A stretch of 64,000 bases of DNA, taken from assembly GCA_965248055.1 (NCBI GenBank), contig CBDFIJ010000004.1, positions 1,632,001 through 1,696,000 of the forward strand, in the 5' to 3' direction. Of the stretch, positions 56,258 through 64,000 are shown piece by piece. The notes under the pieces were generated by a model. The model was given only the letters and a program-made list of their open reading frames with translations, was not told the DNA's origin and made no database searches. The position numbers and the translations under genes were made by a program. The DNA is from Candidatus Multivoradales bacterium. GTDB taxonomy: Bacteria; Acidobacteriota; Thermoanaerobaculia; Multivoradales; JAHEKO01. Each line of letters starts with the position of its first letter. The stretch's first letter is position 1.

Positions 56258-58816
56258 CTAATTGTAGTCGCCTGAGCTACACCACAGCGCTTCCCCTTGT
56301 CCGATCGGGCTCCCCGGCGGTGGTTCGTCTGGGGTCCAGCCAGGGGTAGGGAACTGGTGCTCGCGTTCTAAGAAACGCTCGATATCGGCGATCAGTCCCT
56401 GGCGCGACACGTCTTCCCGGCCATGGTTCAGGTGGGAGACCGCTGATCGAAGGGTCCACTCCAACCAGGTGCGGATCTCTGGGCTGAGGTTGGGATTGGA
56501 AGCTCTTGCGATCAACCGCTCTGCGGCCGAGCGAGCCACACTTTGGCGAATCGCACCGGTGCGACTGGCTTCGTCTGCAACCGAGGCGAAAACTCTCTCA
56601 GCAAACAAACCTAGAACTTCGTCAACCGAGGGTAACGATTGGTCTCTGCGGTGCAGGTCGATCAAGCGAGCCAAGCGCTCTGGTTGAGTCAGATAGTCGG
56701 TGATCGATCCGGCAACGGTTGCGGCTGCGCCCAGAGAGTCAAACGCCGGAGAGGTTCCAGAGTTGAACAACTCACGATTCGAGCCGTAGCCAAACGGGCG
56801 CGGTGCCAACATCGCCAGCACTGCTTCGGGCAGATCGAGAGCCTGAGGATCCAGCGCGCTCAGCAGTGCATCCAGAGCTCGACGCTGTTGTTCGGCAGAA
56901 ATCGGCTGTGTCGGGACTTGACCATCGCCTGGGAAGGCGTAGCTGTATTCCATGCCTCCAATAACCTTGGCTGCCGCCTCGAGTTGAAAGCGATGATGAA
57001 AATAGACCGGGGCCAGTACCTCTTGCAGTAGTGCCACCGGCTTCCCAGCAGCGAGGTTGTGCTCGCCGAAACGTTCCAATGCTAGCCGGCGTACTGCGAG
57101 CACGTGCAGTAGCTCTTCGACTGGATCGCTACCGTTGTCCCACAAATTGGCTCGCGGATCAGAAGCCCTAGAGGGTCGGGCATCGGCGTCGGAAAGAAAC
57201 AACATTTTGCCATCCAGACCCTCTTGAACGATCTCAGCAAGCGCCGCAATTTCGTCAACTTCCGGAGCAAATTCGCTATAGGCAAAGCGGACACCCAGTG
57301 TGTCCCAGGTGCCGATTCCCACGCCATACGCCTTGGAGAAATCGAAGCTGCCATCCTCGTTGATGCCAATCAGTGGAGTCGGGTAGTCCATCACCGAAGC
57401 GCGATCGTCATAGGAACTAGCGGCGAAATTATGGGTGAACCCCAAGGTATGACCCACTTCATGTGCAGCCAACTGGCGAATGCGCGCTAGGGCTAGCTCG
57501 ACCGGATCGTCGGCGGCCCCAGTACCGGTCTTCTCAACCCCCGCCAGACCCTCAAACAACAAAATGTCCTGCCGCACCCGCAGCGACCCCAAATTGACAT
57601 GTCCTTTGATGATCTCGCCGGTCCGCGGGTCCGCCAATGGCGTTCCATACGACCAGCCCCGCGTGGATCGATGCACCCACTGGATGACGTTGTAACGGAC
57701 ATCCATTGGATGGACATCCTCAGGCAGCAGCTCCACGCGGTAGGCATCGATCAAACCGGCGGCATTAAAGGCATCCGCCCACCATCTGGCACCGTCCAGT
57801 AGAGCCGAACGTACCGGCTCCGGAGCTCCCGGGTCCAAGTAGTAGACGATCGGCTCCTTGACCGTAGACCTCTCTGTCGACGGGTCGGTTTTCTCCAGCC
57901 GATGGCGGTAAATCCAAGATCGGCGAATCGACTGGTCGAGCGGCACTGCATAGTCTTGAAAGGTCAAGCCGTAGGACGGCATCCGGGGATCAAACTCGCG
58001 AGTCTGGTAGCCATCATCCGGCAGACGGACAAACGAATGGTGCTGCATCACAGTAAAGGTATCCGCGGTGGGTGCTGTGCGCGCAACCTGGTCTCCGGGC
58101 TTGCCACTCGAATAAGTCAGTACCGCTTCTAGCTCAACGTTGTCGGGAAAAGCCAGGGTGGCGTCGAGGTCAATCGCACTGCGTGCCGAATCGAGGGCAA
58201 AGCTCCCGTGATTGCCGGTCTCCAGAGTGCGAGCGACATTGTGCGCATCCCGGAGCAGAAACGGCGAAAGATTGATCAGACTCCGACCATCCGCATCCTG
58301 GGCTTCGATCTTGGCCGCCCAAATCACCGACGGGGCAAAGGACTGGGCAACTGCACGCCGTTCCTGCTCATTGTCCGAAAGAGCTCGGAAAGCCAAATTG
58401 GGCTGCTCAAACAAGACCTTCTCGCCAACGCGACGCAGTGTGATGAGCTTGGAGTCACTAATCTGACCGCGATCCAAGCCCACCGGATTCGACCCCAACC
58501 CGGTCGCTAACCCCTCAAGATAGATCAACTGCAGCGCCTCGCCATTGTCGTTCGGCGCCGGGACCTCCATCCATACTTGGCCCTTCTGCCGGTCAAGATG
58601 GATCGTTACAAAGCCGTCCTTCTTGTCAATGCTCTGTTTTGCGAATTCTTGCGTCTTGGCCTCCACGGTCGGTAGGCCCGTCTTCTTCTCGCTGGTGGGA
58701 GCTTTTTCGGGTTCCTCCTTACGAGCTTCGACCGGGACCGATATCGCCAAGGAAAGAACAACGCAAAGCCCAACAATGCGCCGAAATGAGGTCAATAATG
58801 AGTGGGTGGCCAGCAT
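56258..58816 (-). CDS. Secreted zinc-dependent metalloprotease (DUF5117/DUF4953, EcxA-like)
   Basis: HEVGHTLGFTH zinc motif, SVMDY Met-turn, DPRTGEIIKG; start moved to ATG 58816 (GGAG RBS). Confidence 0.9.
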   Translation of the reverse strand: MLATHSLLTSFRRIVGLCVVLSLAISVPVEARKEEPEKAPTSEKKTGLPTVEAKTQEFAKQSIDKKDGFVTIHLDRQKGQVWMEVPAPNDNGEALQLIYLEGLATGLGSNPVGLDRGQISDSKLITLRRVGEKVLFEQPNLAFRALSDNEQERRAVAQSFAPSVIWAAKIEAQDADGRSLINLSPFLLRDAHNVARTLETGNHGSFALDSARSAIDLDATLAFPDNVELEAVLTYSSGKPGDQVARTAPTADTFTVMQHHSFVRLPDDGYQTREFDPRMPSYGLTFQDYAVPLDQSIRRSWIYRHRLEKTDPSTERSTVKEPIVYYLDPGAPEPVRSALLDGARWWADAFNAAGLIDAYRVELLPEDVHPMDVRYNVIQWVHRSTRGWSYGTPLADPRTGEIIKGHVNLGSLRVRQDILLFEGLAGVEKTGTGAADDPVELALARIRQLAAHEVGHTLGFTHNFAASSYDDRASVMDYPTPLIGINEDGSFDFSKAYGVGIGTWDTLGVRFAYSEFAPEVDEIAALAEIVQEGLDGKMLFLSDADARPSRASDPRANLWDNGSDPVEELLHVLAVRRLALERFGEHNLAAGKPVALLQEVLAPVYFHHRFQLEAAAKVIGGMEYSYAFPGDGQVPTQPISAEQQRRALDALLSALDPQALDLPEAVLAMLAPRPFGYGSNRELFNSGTSPAFDSLGAAATVAGSITDYLTQPERLARLIDLHRRDQSLPSVDEVLGLFAERVFASVADEASRTGAIRQSVARSAAERLIARASNPNLSPEIRTWLEWTLRSAVSHLNHGREDVSRQGLIADIERFLEREHQFPTPGWTPDEPPPGSPIGQGEALWCSSGDYN

Positions 58817-59077
58817 AGTTTGATCTCCAAGGTTAATGCCCCAACACGCTGTCAAGAAGCCTCAGGCAAGGAGCACTTGAAGCGCCATTGGATGCTAACA
58901 GCCACGATCAAGATCCCTTACTCTGGACAGTGACCGGGCCGGCGGATCAATTAGGGCGGTACTCGGCATTTCCGTCACCCCGTCCAGGGTATGTGGGGCT
59001 CTCAATACAATAGAATCCCCTTATTCACATGCTAGTATCCGCCTTCATATGGTGTTGCCTTTCCAAAAGGAGGAAGC

Positions 59078-59965
59078 ATGACTGGAGCTAGCTCGCCCCG
59101 GCATCAGGGTCGTATTGAGCCTGTTCTCGTAGGGTTGTTGTTCGTTGGCTTGGCTGTCGCAACCTTTCTGTTCGGTTCTCGCACCTGGTTGCCAGAGTTG
59201 GCGTCGCGTCACGGCGCAGGCATGGATCGAACCTTGATCTTCCTGCTGGTAGCGACCGGACTGATGTTTTTGATCGGCCATTTTGTCCTCGGCTATTTTG
59301 TTTTCCGCTTCGGCAGGGCGGACTCCGCCACTCCCGGACGGGCAAGCGCCAAGATGGAGCGGGGCTGGTCGATCGTTCTCGCTTTGATGATGGTGGTGGT
59401 TGGCGAAGGGGGGGTACTCGCGGTGGGCCTACCAGCGTGGAAGGAATACTTCGCCACTGCGCCTCCCGAAGATTCCTGGTTGGTGGAGGTCACATCTGAG
59501 CAGTTCGCCTGGAACATCCGCTATCCGGGGGAGGACGGTGAGTTGGGCCGCACCGACCCAACCCTGATCAAATTGGCCAACCCGATCGGCATCGATCCCG
59601 AGGATCCCTACAGCGCGGACGACCGCACGGCGATCAATCAGATTCACGTGCCAGTGAATCGCCCGGTCAGAGTTCGGTTGCGCGCCAAAGACGTGATCCA
59701 CAGTTTCTTTTTGCCTCATCTTCGAGTCAAGCAGGATGCGGTGCCGGGGATGACCATTGACGTCTGGTTTGTACCAACCAAAGAGGGTCAGTACGAATTG
59801 GCGTGCACCGAATTGTGCGGCCTTGGTCACTACCGGATGAGAGGCTTTTTTAACGTGTTGTCAGAGCAAGAGTTCGCTGAGTGGAGTGGCGAGGGGGGTT
59901 CGAAACCTGAAACCCCGGCAGTAGAAGTACCAGTGCAACCGGAGGGGGAGCAAAAGAATGGCTGA
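59078..59965 (+). CDS. coxB: Cytochrome c oxidase subunit II
   Basis: QFAWNIRYPG, DVIHSF, CTELCGLGHYRM CuA ligands; no fused CxxCH; AGGAGG RBS. Confidence 0.95.
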   Translation: MTGASSPRHQGRIEPVLVGLLFVGLAVATFLFGSRTWLPELASRHGAGMDRTLIFLLVATGLMFLIGHFVLGYFVFRFGRADSATPGRASAKMERGWSIVLALMMVVVGEGGVLAVGLPAWKEYFATAPPEDSWLVEVTSEQFAWNIRYPGEDGELGRTDPTLIKLANPIGIDPEDPYSADDRTAINQIHVPVNRPVRVRLRAKDVIHSFFLPHLRVKQDAVPGMTIDVWFVPTKEGQYELACTELCGLGHYRMRGFFNVLSEQEFAEWSGEGGSKPETPAVEVPVQPEGEQKNG

Positions 59966-61679
59966 AGAACTTGGATTCTGGCGGCGTTACATATTCAGCA
60001 TCGACCATAAGATCATCGGCATCCAATACATTCTCACCGGTTTCCTTATGGCCGTGGTTGGAGGATTATTGATGGTGCTGATACGGATGCAGTTGGCGTG
60101 GCCAACGAGGCCATCAGGCCTATTGGCGGCGTTGTTTCCGAACGGCATGGCCGGTGGTTACATGGCGCCGGAATTCTATATCTCTCTGGTGACTATGCAC
60201 GGCACCATCATGGTGTTTTTCTTTATGTCATACGTGCTGGTCAGTGGGTTTGGTAACTACCTAGTTCCATTACATGTGGGCGCTCGCGACATGGCATTTC
60301 CGTTTCTCAATATGCTTTCATTTTGGATTGCAGCCACCAGCGCCCTGGTGATGCTGGCGTCCTTCTTCGTCGAAGGAGGTGCTGCTGCTTCCGGCTGGAC
60401 TGCCTATCCCCCGTTGAGCGCAATCGCGTCGGCAGTACCCGGATCAGGCATGGGGCAGACGCTGTGGTTGCTTTCGATGGCGTTGTTCATTGTCTCCTTC
60501 ACCATGAGCGGCCTCAACATCATTGTTACGGTGCTCACCCAGCGGGCACAAGGCATGTCTTTGATGAGGATGCCGTTGACAGCGTGGTCGTATTTCGTTT
60601 CGGCGGTCGTCGGAGTGCTTGCATTTCCGCCGCTGACTGCGGCCGCGATCATGCTGTTGTTCGATCGTCACCTCGGTACCAGCTTCTTCTTGCCCAAAGG
60701 GCTTGTGGTTGCTGGTCAGCTTCAGGAATACACCGGCGGCACTCCGCTGCTGTGGCAGCATTTGTTTTGGTTCCTGGGTCACCCCGAGGTTTACGTTCTA
60801 ATCCTCCCGGCCTTGGGGTTGGTGTTCGAGATTTTCCCCGCCTTCACCCGTAAGTCAGTGTTTGGATACCGAATCACAGTGTATTGCCTATTGGCAATTG
60901 GAGCACTGTCGATGATTGTCTGGGGGCATCACATGTTCGTCAGCGGAATGAGCCCCTACTCCGGCGAATACTTCACCATCATGACCCTGGTGATTACCAT
61001 TCCTTCAGCAATTATCGGCGTCAACATGATCGGTAGTCTGTGGGGTGGTGCAATCCGCTTGCGCACTCCGATGCTGTTTGCTCTCGGGGTGATCGCTCTT
61101 TTCGGCACCGGTGGTTTTGGCGGGCTATTTCTTGGTAACGCCACCGCCGACGTTCAGCTGCATGACACTTACTTTGTAGTCGGACACTTTCACTTCATGA
61201 TTGGTGGTGTCACTTTATTTGGGATGTTCGCAGCGGTCTATTTCTGGTTTCCCAAGATGTTCGGTCGCATGATGAACGAGACCCTAGGCAAGGCCCACTT
61301 TTGGCTGACAATTGTCTCTTTCTACTGTGTTTTTCTCATTCAGCACTTTATTGGCCTAGCCGGCATGCCACGGCGGTACTACTCGTTTTCCGACTATGAA
61401 TTCCTGCAGCCATTGCAGAACCTGCAAATTTTGGTGACGATCGCAGCATTTGTCTTGACTGCCTCCCAGTTGCTGTTCCTGGTCAACTTTTGCTGGAGTC
61501 TACTGCGCGGCAAACAGGCCGGAGAAAACCCATGGCAAGCGACGACCCTCGAGTGGACCCTGCCGTCTCCGCCGGCGCATGGCAATTGGACCAGCTTGCC
61601 TCAAGTGAACAAGTGGCCGTACGAATACGGTCCCGAGTTGGGCAACGACGGTTATTCGTCTCAAGCGGAACATGTCTGA
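59958..61679 (+). CDS. coxA: Cytochrome c oxidase subunit I (A1 type)
   Basis: DHKIIG, HGTIM, GWTAYPPL, WFLGHPEVY, WGHHMF, HDTYFVVGHFH, GMPRR. Confidence 0.97.
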   Translation: MAEELGFWRRYIFSIDHKIIGIQYILTGFLMAVVGGLLMVLIRMQLAWPTRPSGLLAALFPNGMAGGYMAPEFYISLVTMHGTIMVFFFMSYVLVSGFGNYLVPLHVGARDMAFPFLNMLSFWIAATSALVMLASFFVEGGAAASGWTAYPPLSAIASAVPGSGMGQTLWLLSMALFIVSFTMSGLNIIVTVLTQRAQGMSLMRMPLTAWSYFVSAVVGVLAFPPLTAAAIMLLFDRHLGTSFFLPKGLVVAGQLQEYTGGTPLLWQHLFWFLGHPEVYVLILPALGLVFEIFPAFTRKSVFGYRITVYCLLAIGALSMIVWGHHMFVSGMSPYSGEYFTIMTLVITIPSAIIGVNMIGSLWGGAIRLRTPMLFALGVIALFGTGGFGGLFLGNATADVQLHDTYFVVGHFHFMIGGVTLFGMFAAVYFWFPKMFGRMMNETLGKAHFWLTIVSFYCVFLIQHFIGLAGMPRRYYSFSDYEFLQPLQNLQILVTIAAFVLTASQLLFLVNFCWSLLRGKQAGENPWQATTLEWTLPSPPAHGNWTSLPQVNKWPYEYGPELGNDGYSSQAEHV

Positions 61680-62232
61680 GGTTGTTTCTCAGCGCCGCGC
61701 CTCGCTAGATCCAGCCCAGTTGGGTCTTTGGGCATTCCTAGGCACGGTGACGATGCTGTTTGCTGCGTTTGGCAGTGCCTATATTGTGCGCCGCGCCAGT
61801 GCCGATTGGGTACCGGTACAACTACCAGCCACGCTGATCTTAAGTACCGCAGTTCTATTGGCCAGCAGCATCAGCCTAGCGCTGGCGGAGCGTGCTGTGG
61901 CGACTCGCGAATCGGTAGCCCGCCGCTACCTGGCTTTGACTCTTCTACTGGGTATCGTGTTCGTTGGCTGCCAGATGTTCGCCTGGAGGCAGCTCGCCGT
62001 TCAAGGTGTTTTCGTGCCCACCAGCCCCCATAGCTCGTTTTTCTACCTACTCACCGGCGTACACATCTTGCACGTTGCAGGGGGCATCGCGATGTTGAGT
62101 TGGGCCATGGCCAAGGCTGGTGGTCAAAGTAAGGCTACTACCCACGTCCGAAGGCTCCGACTTTGTTCGACTTACTGGCACTTTCTCGCGGGGGTTTGGG
62201 TATTGCTTCTGTTGGGTATGAAATGGGGATAG
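61672..62232 (+). CDS. Cytochrome c oxidase subunit III (first short copy)
   Basis: LGLWAFLGTVTMLFAAF, FFYLLTGVHILHV, TYWHFL. Confidence 0.88.
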   Translation: MSEVVSQRRASLDPAQLGLWAFLGTVTMLFAAFGSAYIVRRASADWVPVQLPATLILSTAVLLASSISLALAERAVATRESVARRYLALTLLLGIVFVGCQMFAWRQLAVQGVFVPTSPHSSFFYLLTGVHILHVAGGIAMLSWAMAKAGGQSKATTHVRRLRLCSTYWHFLAGVWVLLLLGMKWG

Positions 62233-62251
62233 AACTCTTGGAGGTGCGACG

Positions 62252-62866
62252 ATGGTAGACGAAGTGATGACTGGCAACGACGCCGTTGCTCTCGGATCCC
62301 ACGCCGAATCGCTGGATCCCGGTTGGCGCAAGATGATGATGTGGGTATTCATCATTACCGACGGCCTGCTCTTCGCAGGCTTTCTCGCCTCCTACGGATT
62401 CGCCCGTTTGGCCAGTCCCAGTTGGCCTGAGCAGAGTGCTGTTTTTAATATCACCTTGATCGCCACCATGACTTTCGTGTTGATCACCTCCAGTGCCACG
62501 ATGGCGAGCGCGGTGCGAGCGGCAAGCGTCGGTGATCGCAAGGTTGCCCGTCGATTCCTGTGGCTCACGGCAGCCATTGGCCTGGTTTTTCTCGCTATGC
62601 AGGCCTACGAGTGGGCACATCTTATTCACGGCGGAACCAGCCTCAGCGCGAACCCTTGGGGAGCGCCTCTATTTGGCGCCTACTTCTACCTGATTACTGG
62701 CTTCCACGGTACTCACGTGCTGTCGGGGGTGCTCATTTTGGCAATAACGGCTATGCGCTGGGGCAAGGGAGTTACCAAACCAGAAGGGGTTGAAATGGCT
62801 GGCCTCTACTGGCATTTCGTCGACCTGGTTTGGGTGTTTGTGTTCACCTGTTTCTATCTGATCTAA
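62252..62866 (+). CDS. Cytochrome c oxidase subunit III (second short copy)
   Basis: MMWVFIITDGLLF, ITGFHGTHV, GLYWHFVDLVW. Confidence 0.9.
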   Translation: MVDEVMTGNDAVALGSHAESLDPGWRKMMMWVFIITDGLLFAGFLASYGFARLASPSWPEQSAVFNITLIATMTFVLITSSATMASAVRAASVGDRKVARRFLWLTAAIGLVFLAMQAYEWAHLIHGGTSLSANPWGAPLFGAYFYLITGFHGTHVLSGVLILAITAMRWGKGVTKPEGVEMAGLYWHFVDLVWVFVFTCFYLI

Positions 62867-62898
62867 CGGACGAAGCCACAACAACCGAGGAATTGGTT

Positions 62899-63231
62899 AT
62901 GACGCACGAAAAGACAGCTGGCTACGGTTTTTACTGGCGTATCTGGGGGCTATTGTTGGTCGTCACGCTGGTGATGTTGTTTGTCGATCGACCCACAGCT
63001 CAGGCACTGGGTTCCACCTCAGGCGGCTTGCCTCACGGGCTATTGATCTCCATCCTGGTGGTGGCGATGTTGCTCAAAGCTTGGCTGATCGCCTCCTTTT
63101 TCATGCATCTGCGGTTTGAACGTATGGCAATCGGCGTCGCGGTGCTACTGGGTTTGCTGATCAACGGCGCGATCCTGTTCGCACTCCTGGTACCGGACGG
63201 GCTGCGGATCCTAGGAATGGCAGGGTCGTGA
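62899..63231 (+). CDS. Cytochrome c oxidase subunit IV family protein
   Basis: KAWLIASFFMHLRFE motif, 3 TM segments; ATG 62899 after a GAGG RBS. Confidence 0.8.
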   Translation: MTHEKTAGYGFYWRIWGLLLVVTLVMLFVDRPTAQALGSTSGGLPHGLLISILVVAMLLKAWLIASFFMHLRFERMAIGVAVLLGLLINGAILFALLVPDGLRILGMAGS

Positions 63232-63485
63232 TCCGTCCCCGCCAGTTTGCAGTTGCAGCGATGGTGCTGATCATGGCTTTGGCGCTTACCTCGGAGCCTC
63301 TCGCCGCTCAATGCGCAATGTGCCGCAATACCCTAGCGTCATCCGACAGCCAACTCTTAATAAAAGCACTTCGCAGTGGAATCCTCTTCTTGTTGGCAAT
63401 TCCTTTCTCCATTGTTGGAGTCATAGGTGGATTGGTCTACAGTGCCCATCGGCGGCAACAAGATCCTTCCCAAATCGATCTTTAA
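63228..63485 (+). CDS. Small exported membrane-anchored protein with QCAMC motif
   Basis: Signal peptide ending PLAA, then QCAMC and one TM helix; GTGA overlap with coxIV. Confidence 0.7.
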   Translation: MIRPRQFAVAAMVLIMALALTSEPLAAQCAMCRNTLASSDSQLLIKALRSGILFLLAIPFSIVGVIGGLVYSAHRRQQDPSQIDL

Positions 63486-63520
63486 ACTCAGCAGCAGCAG
63501 TTCATCGCCGCTCGGTGGAA

Positions 63521-64000
63521 CTAGCTTCGAGTAGCGGCTGCCATTCGGCGCGCGAAAGCTCTTACCAGCGGCGCTGGATCTGTGTTTCTCTCACAACATT
63601 CCTCCAAGATACTCACCATCGCTGATCCTGTAATTGCCCCTGCAGCACCGGCTGCCAGCGCCTGGCTCACATGTTCCGGAGTACTGATGCCAAATCCGAG
63701 CAATGGTGGGGTGCTCCCAGCACCCGAAGTCTTGAGAACAGATCAAAGGCGTCATTACCCAGATCTTCCCGCTGTCCCGTGACCCCAGCCCGAGCGACGC
63801 AGTAGGTGTAGCCACTCGACAGTCGGGCGACCGCCTCCAGAGTTGCATCGTCAGCATTGGGTGGAGCGATCAAGATCGGATGAACATCCGCTGTGCGGGC
63901 CGCAGCGGCAAACTGCTCTGCTTCCTCGACCGGTACGTCTGCCAGCAGTACCGAATCGACCCCAGCCTCAGACAGGTCTCGATAGAACAACTCGACCCCG
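63521..64000 (-). pseudogene. trpA: Tryptophan synthase alpha chain, 3' part, frameshifted near 63710 (5' end beyond window)
   Basis: GVDSVLLADVP...YTYCVARAGVTG in one frame, LGFGIS...GAITGSA in the other; one extra C in the C4 run gives GAPPPLLGFGIS. Confidence 0.88.

Noticed and set aside
1-64000. CRISPR array, IS element or prophage genes
   Set aside because: No regularly spaced repeat-spacer pattern and no transposase, cas or phage structural motifs in the ORF track.

Overview
Bacterial chromosome segment. The gene content (three Acidobacterial-type VWA proteins, Oar-like TonB-dependent receptors, ASPIC/UnbV proteins) suggests Acidobacteriota; this is inference, not a database result. 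1-17.7 kb is housekeeping: mutS2 (cut by the window edge), rpsU, a lytic transglycosylase, tRNA(CAT, Ile2-type), a Zn-ribbon/rnhA/yggS/DUF6922-AbiEii/hutI/pta/purD run, ricT-hfq-pdxA, serS and an acyl-CoA ligase. 17.7-52.2 kb is a ~34.5 kb modular cell-envelope locus and the best candidate for an undescribed system. It has 2 TonB-dependent receptors, each preceded by a sigma54 (-24/-12) motif and followed by a terminator; 3 FG-GAP/ASPIC-UnbV genes each followed by a TPR lipoprotein gene; 4 VWA proteins; 2 carboxypeptidase-regulatory-like+TPR proteins; a Thr-nucleophile 'sulfatase'-TPR; and a circularly permuted flavin reductase fused to a membrane polyferredoxin. 52.3-58.8 kb has a methyltransferase, OsmC, an M64 peptidase with a duplicated 5' fragment interleaved with two small paralogous membrane genes, and a zinc metalloprotease. 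59-64 kb has an A1-type cytochrome c oxidase operon and a partial, frameshifted trpA. Two single-base frameshifts in short homopolymers (~35.15 kb, ~63.71 kb) may be sequencing errors. All calls come from motif reading; no searches were run.
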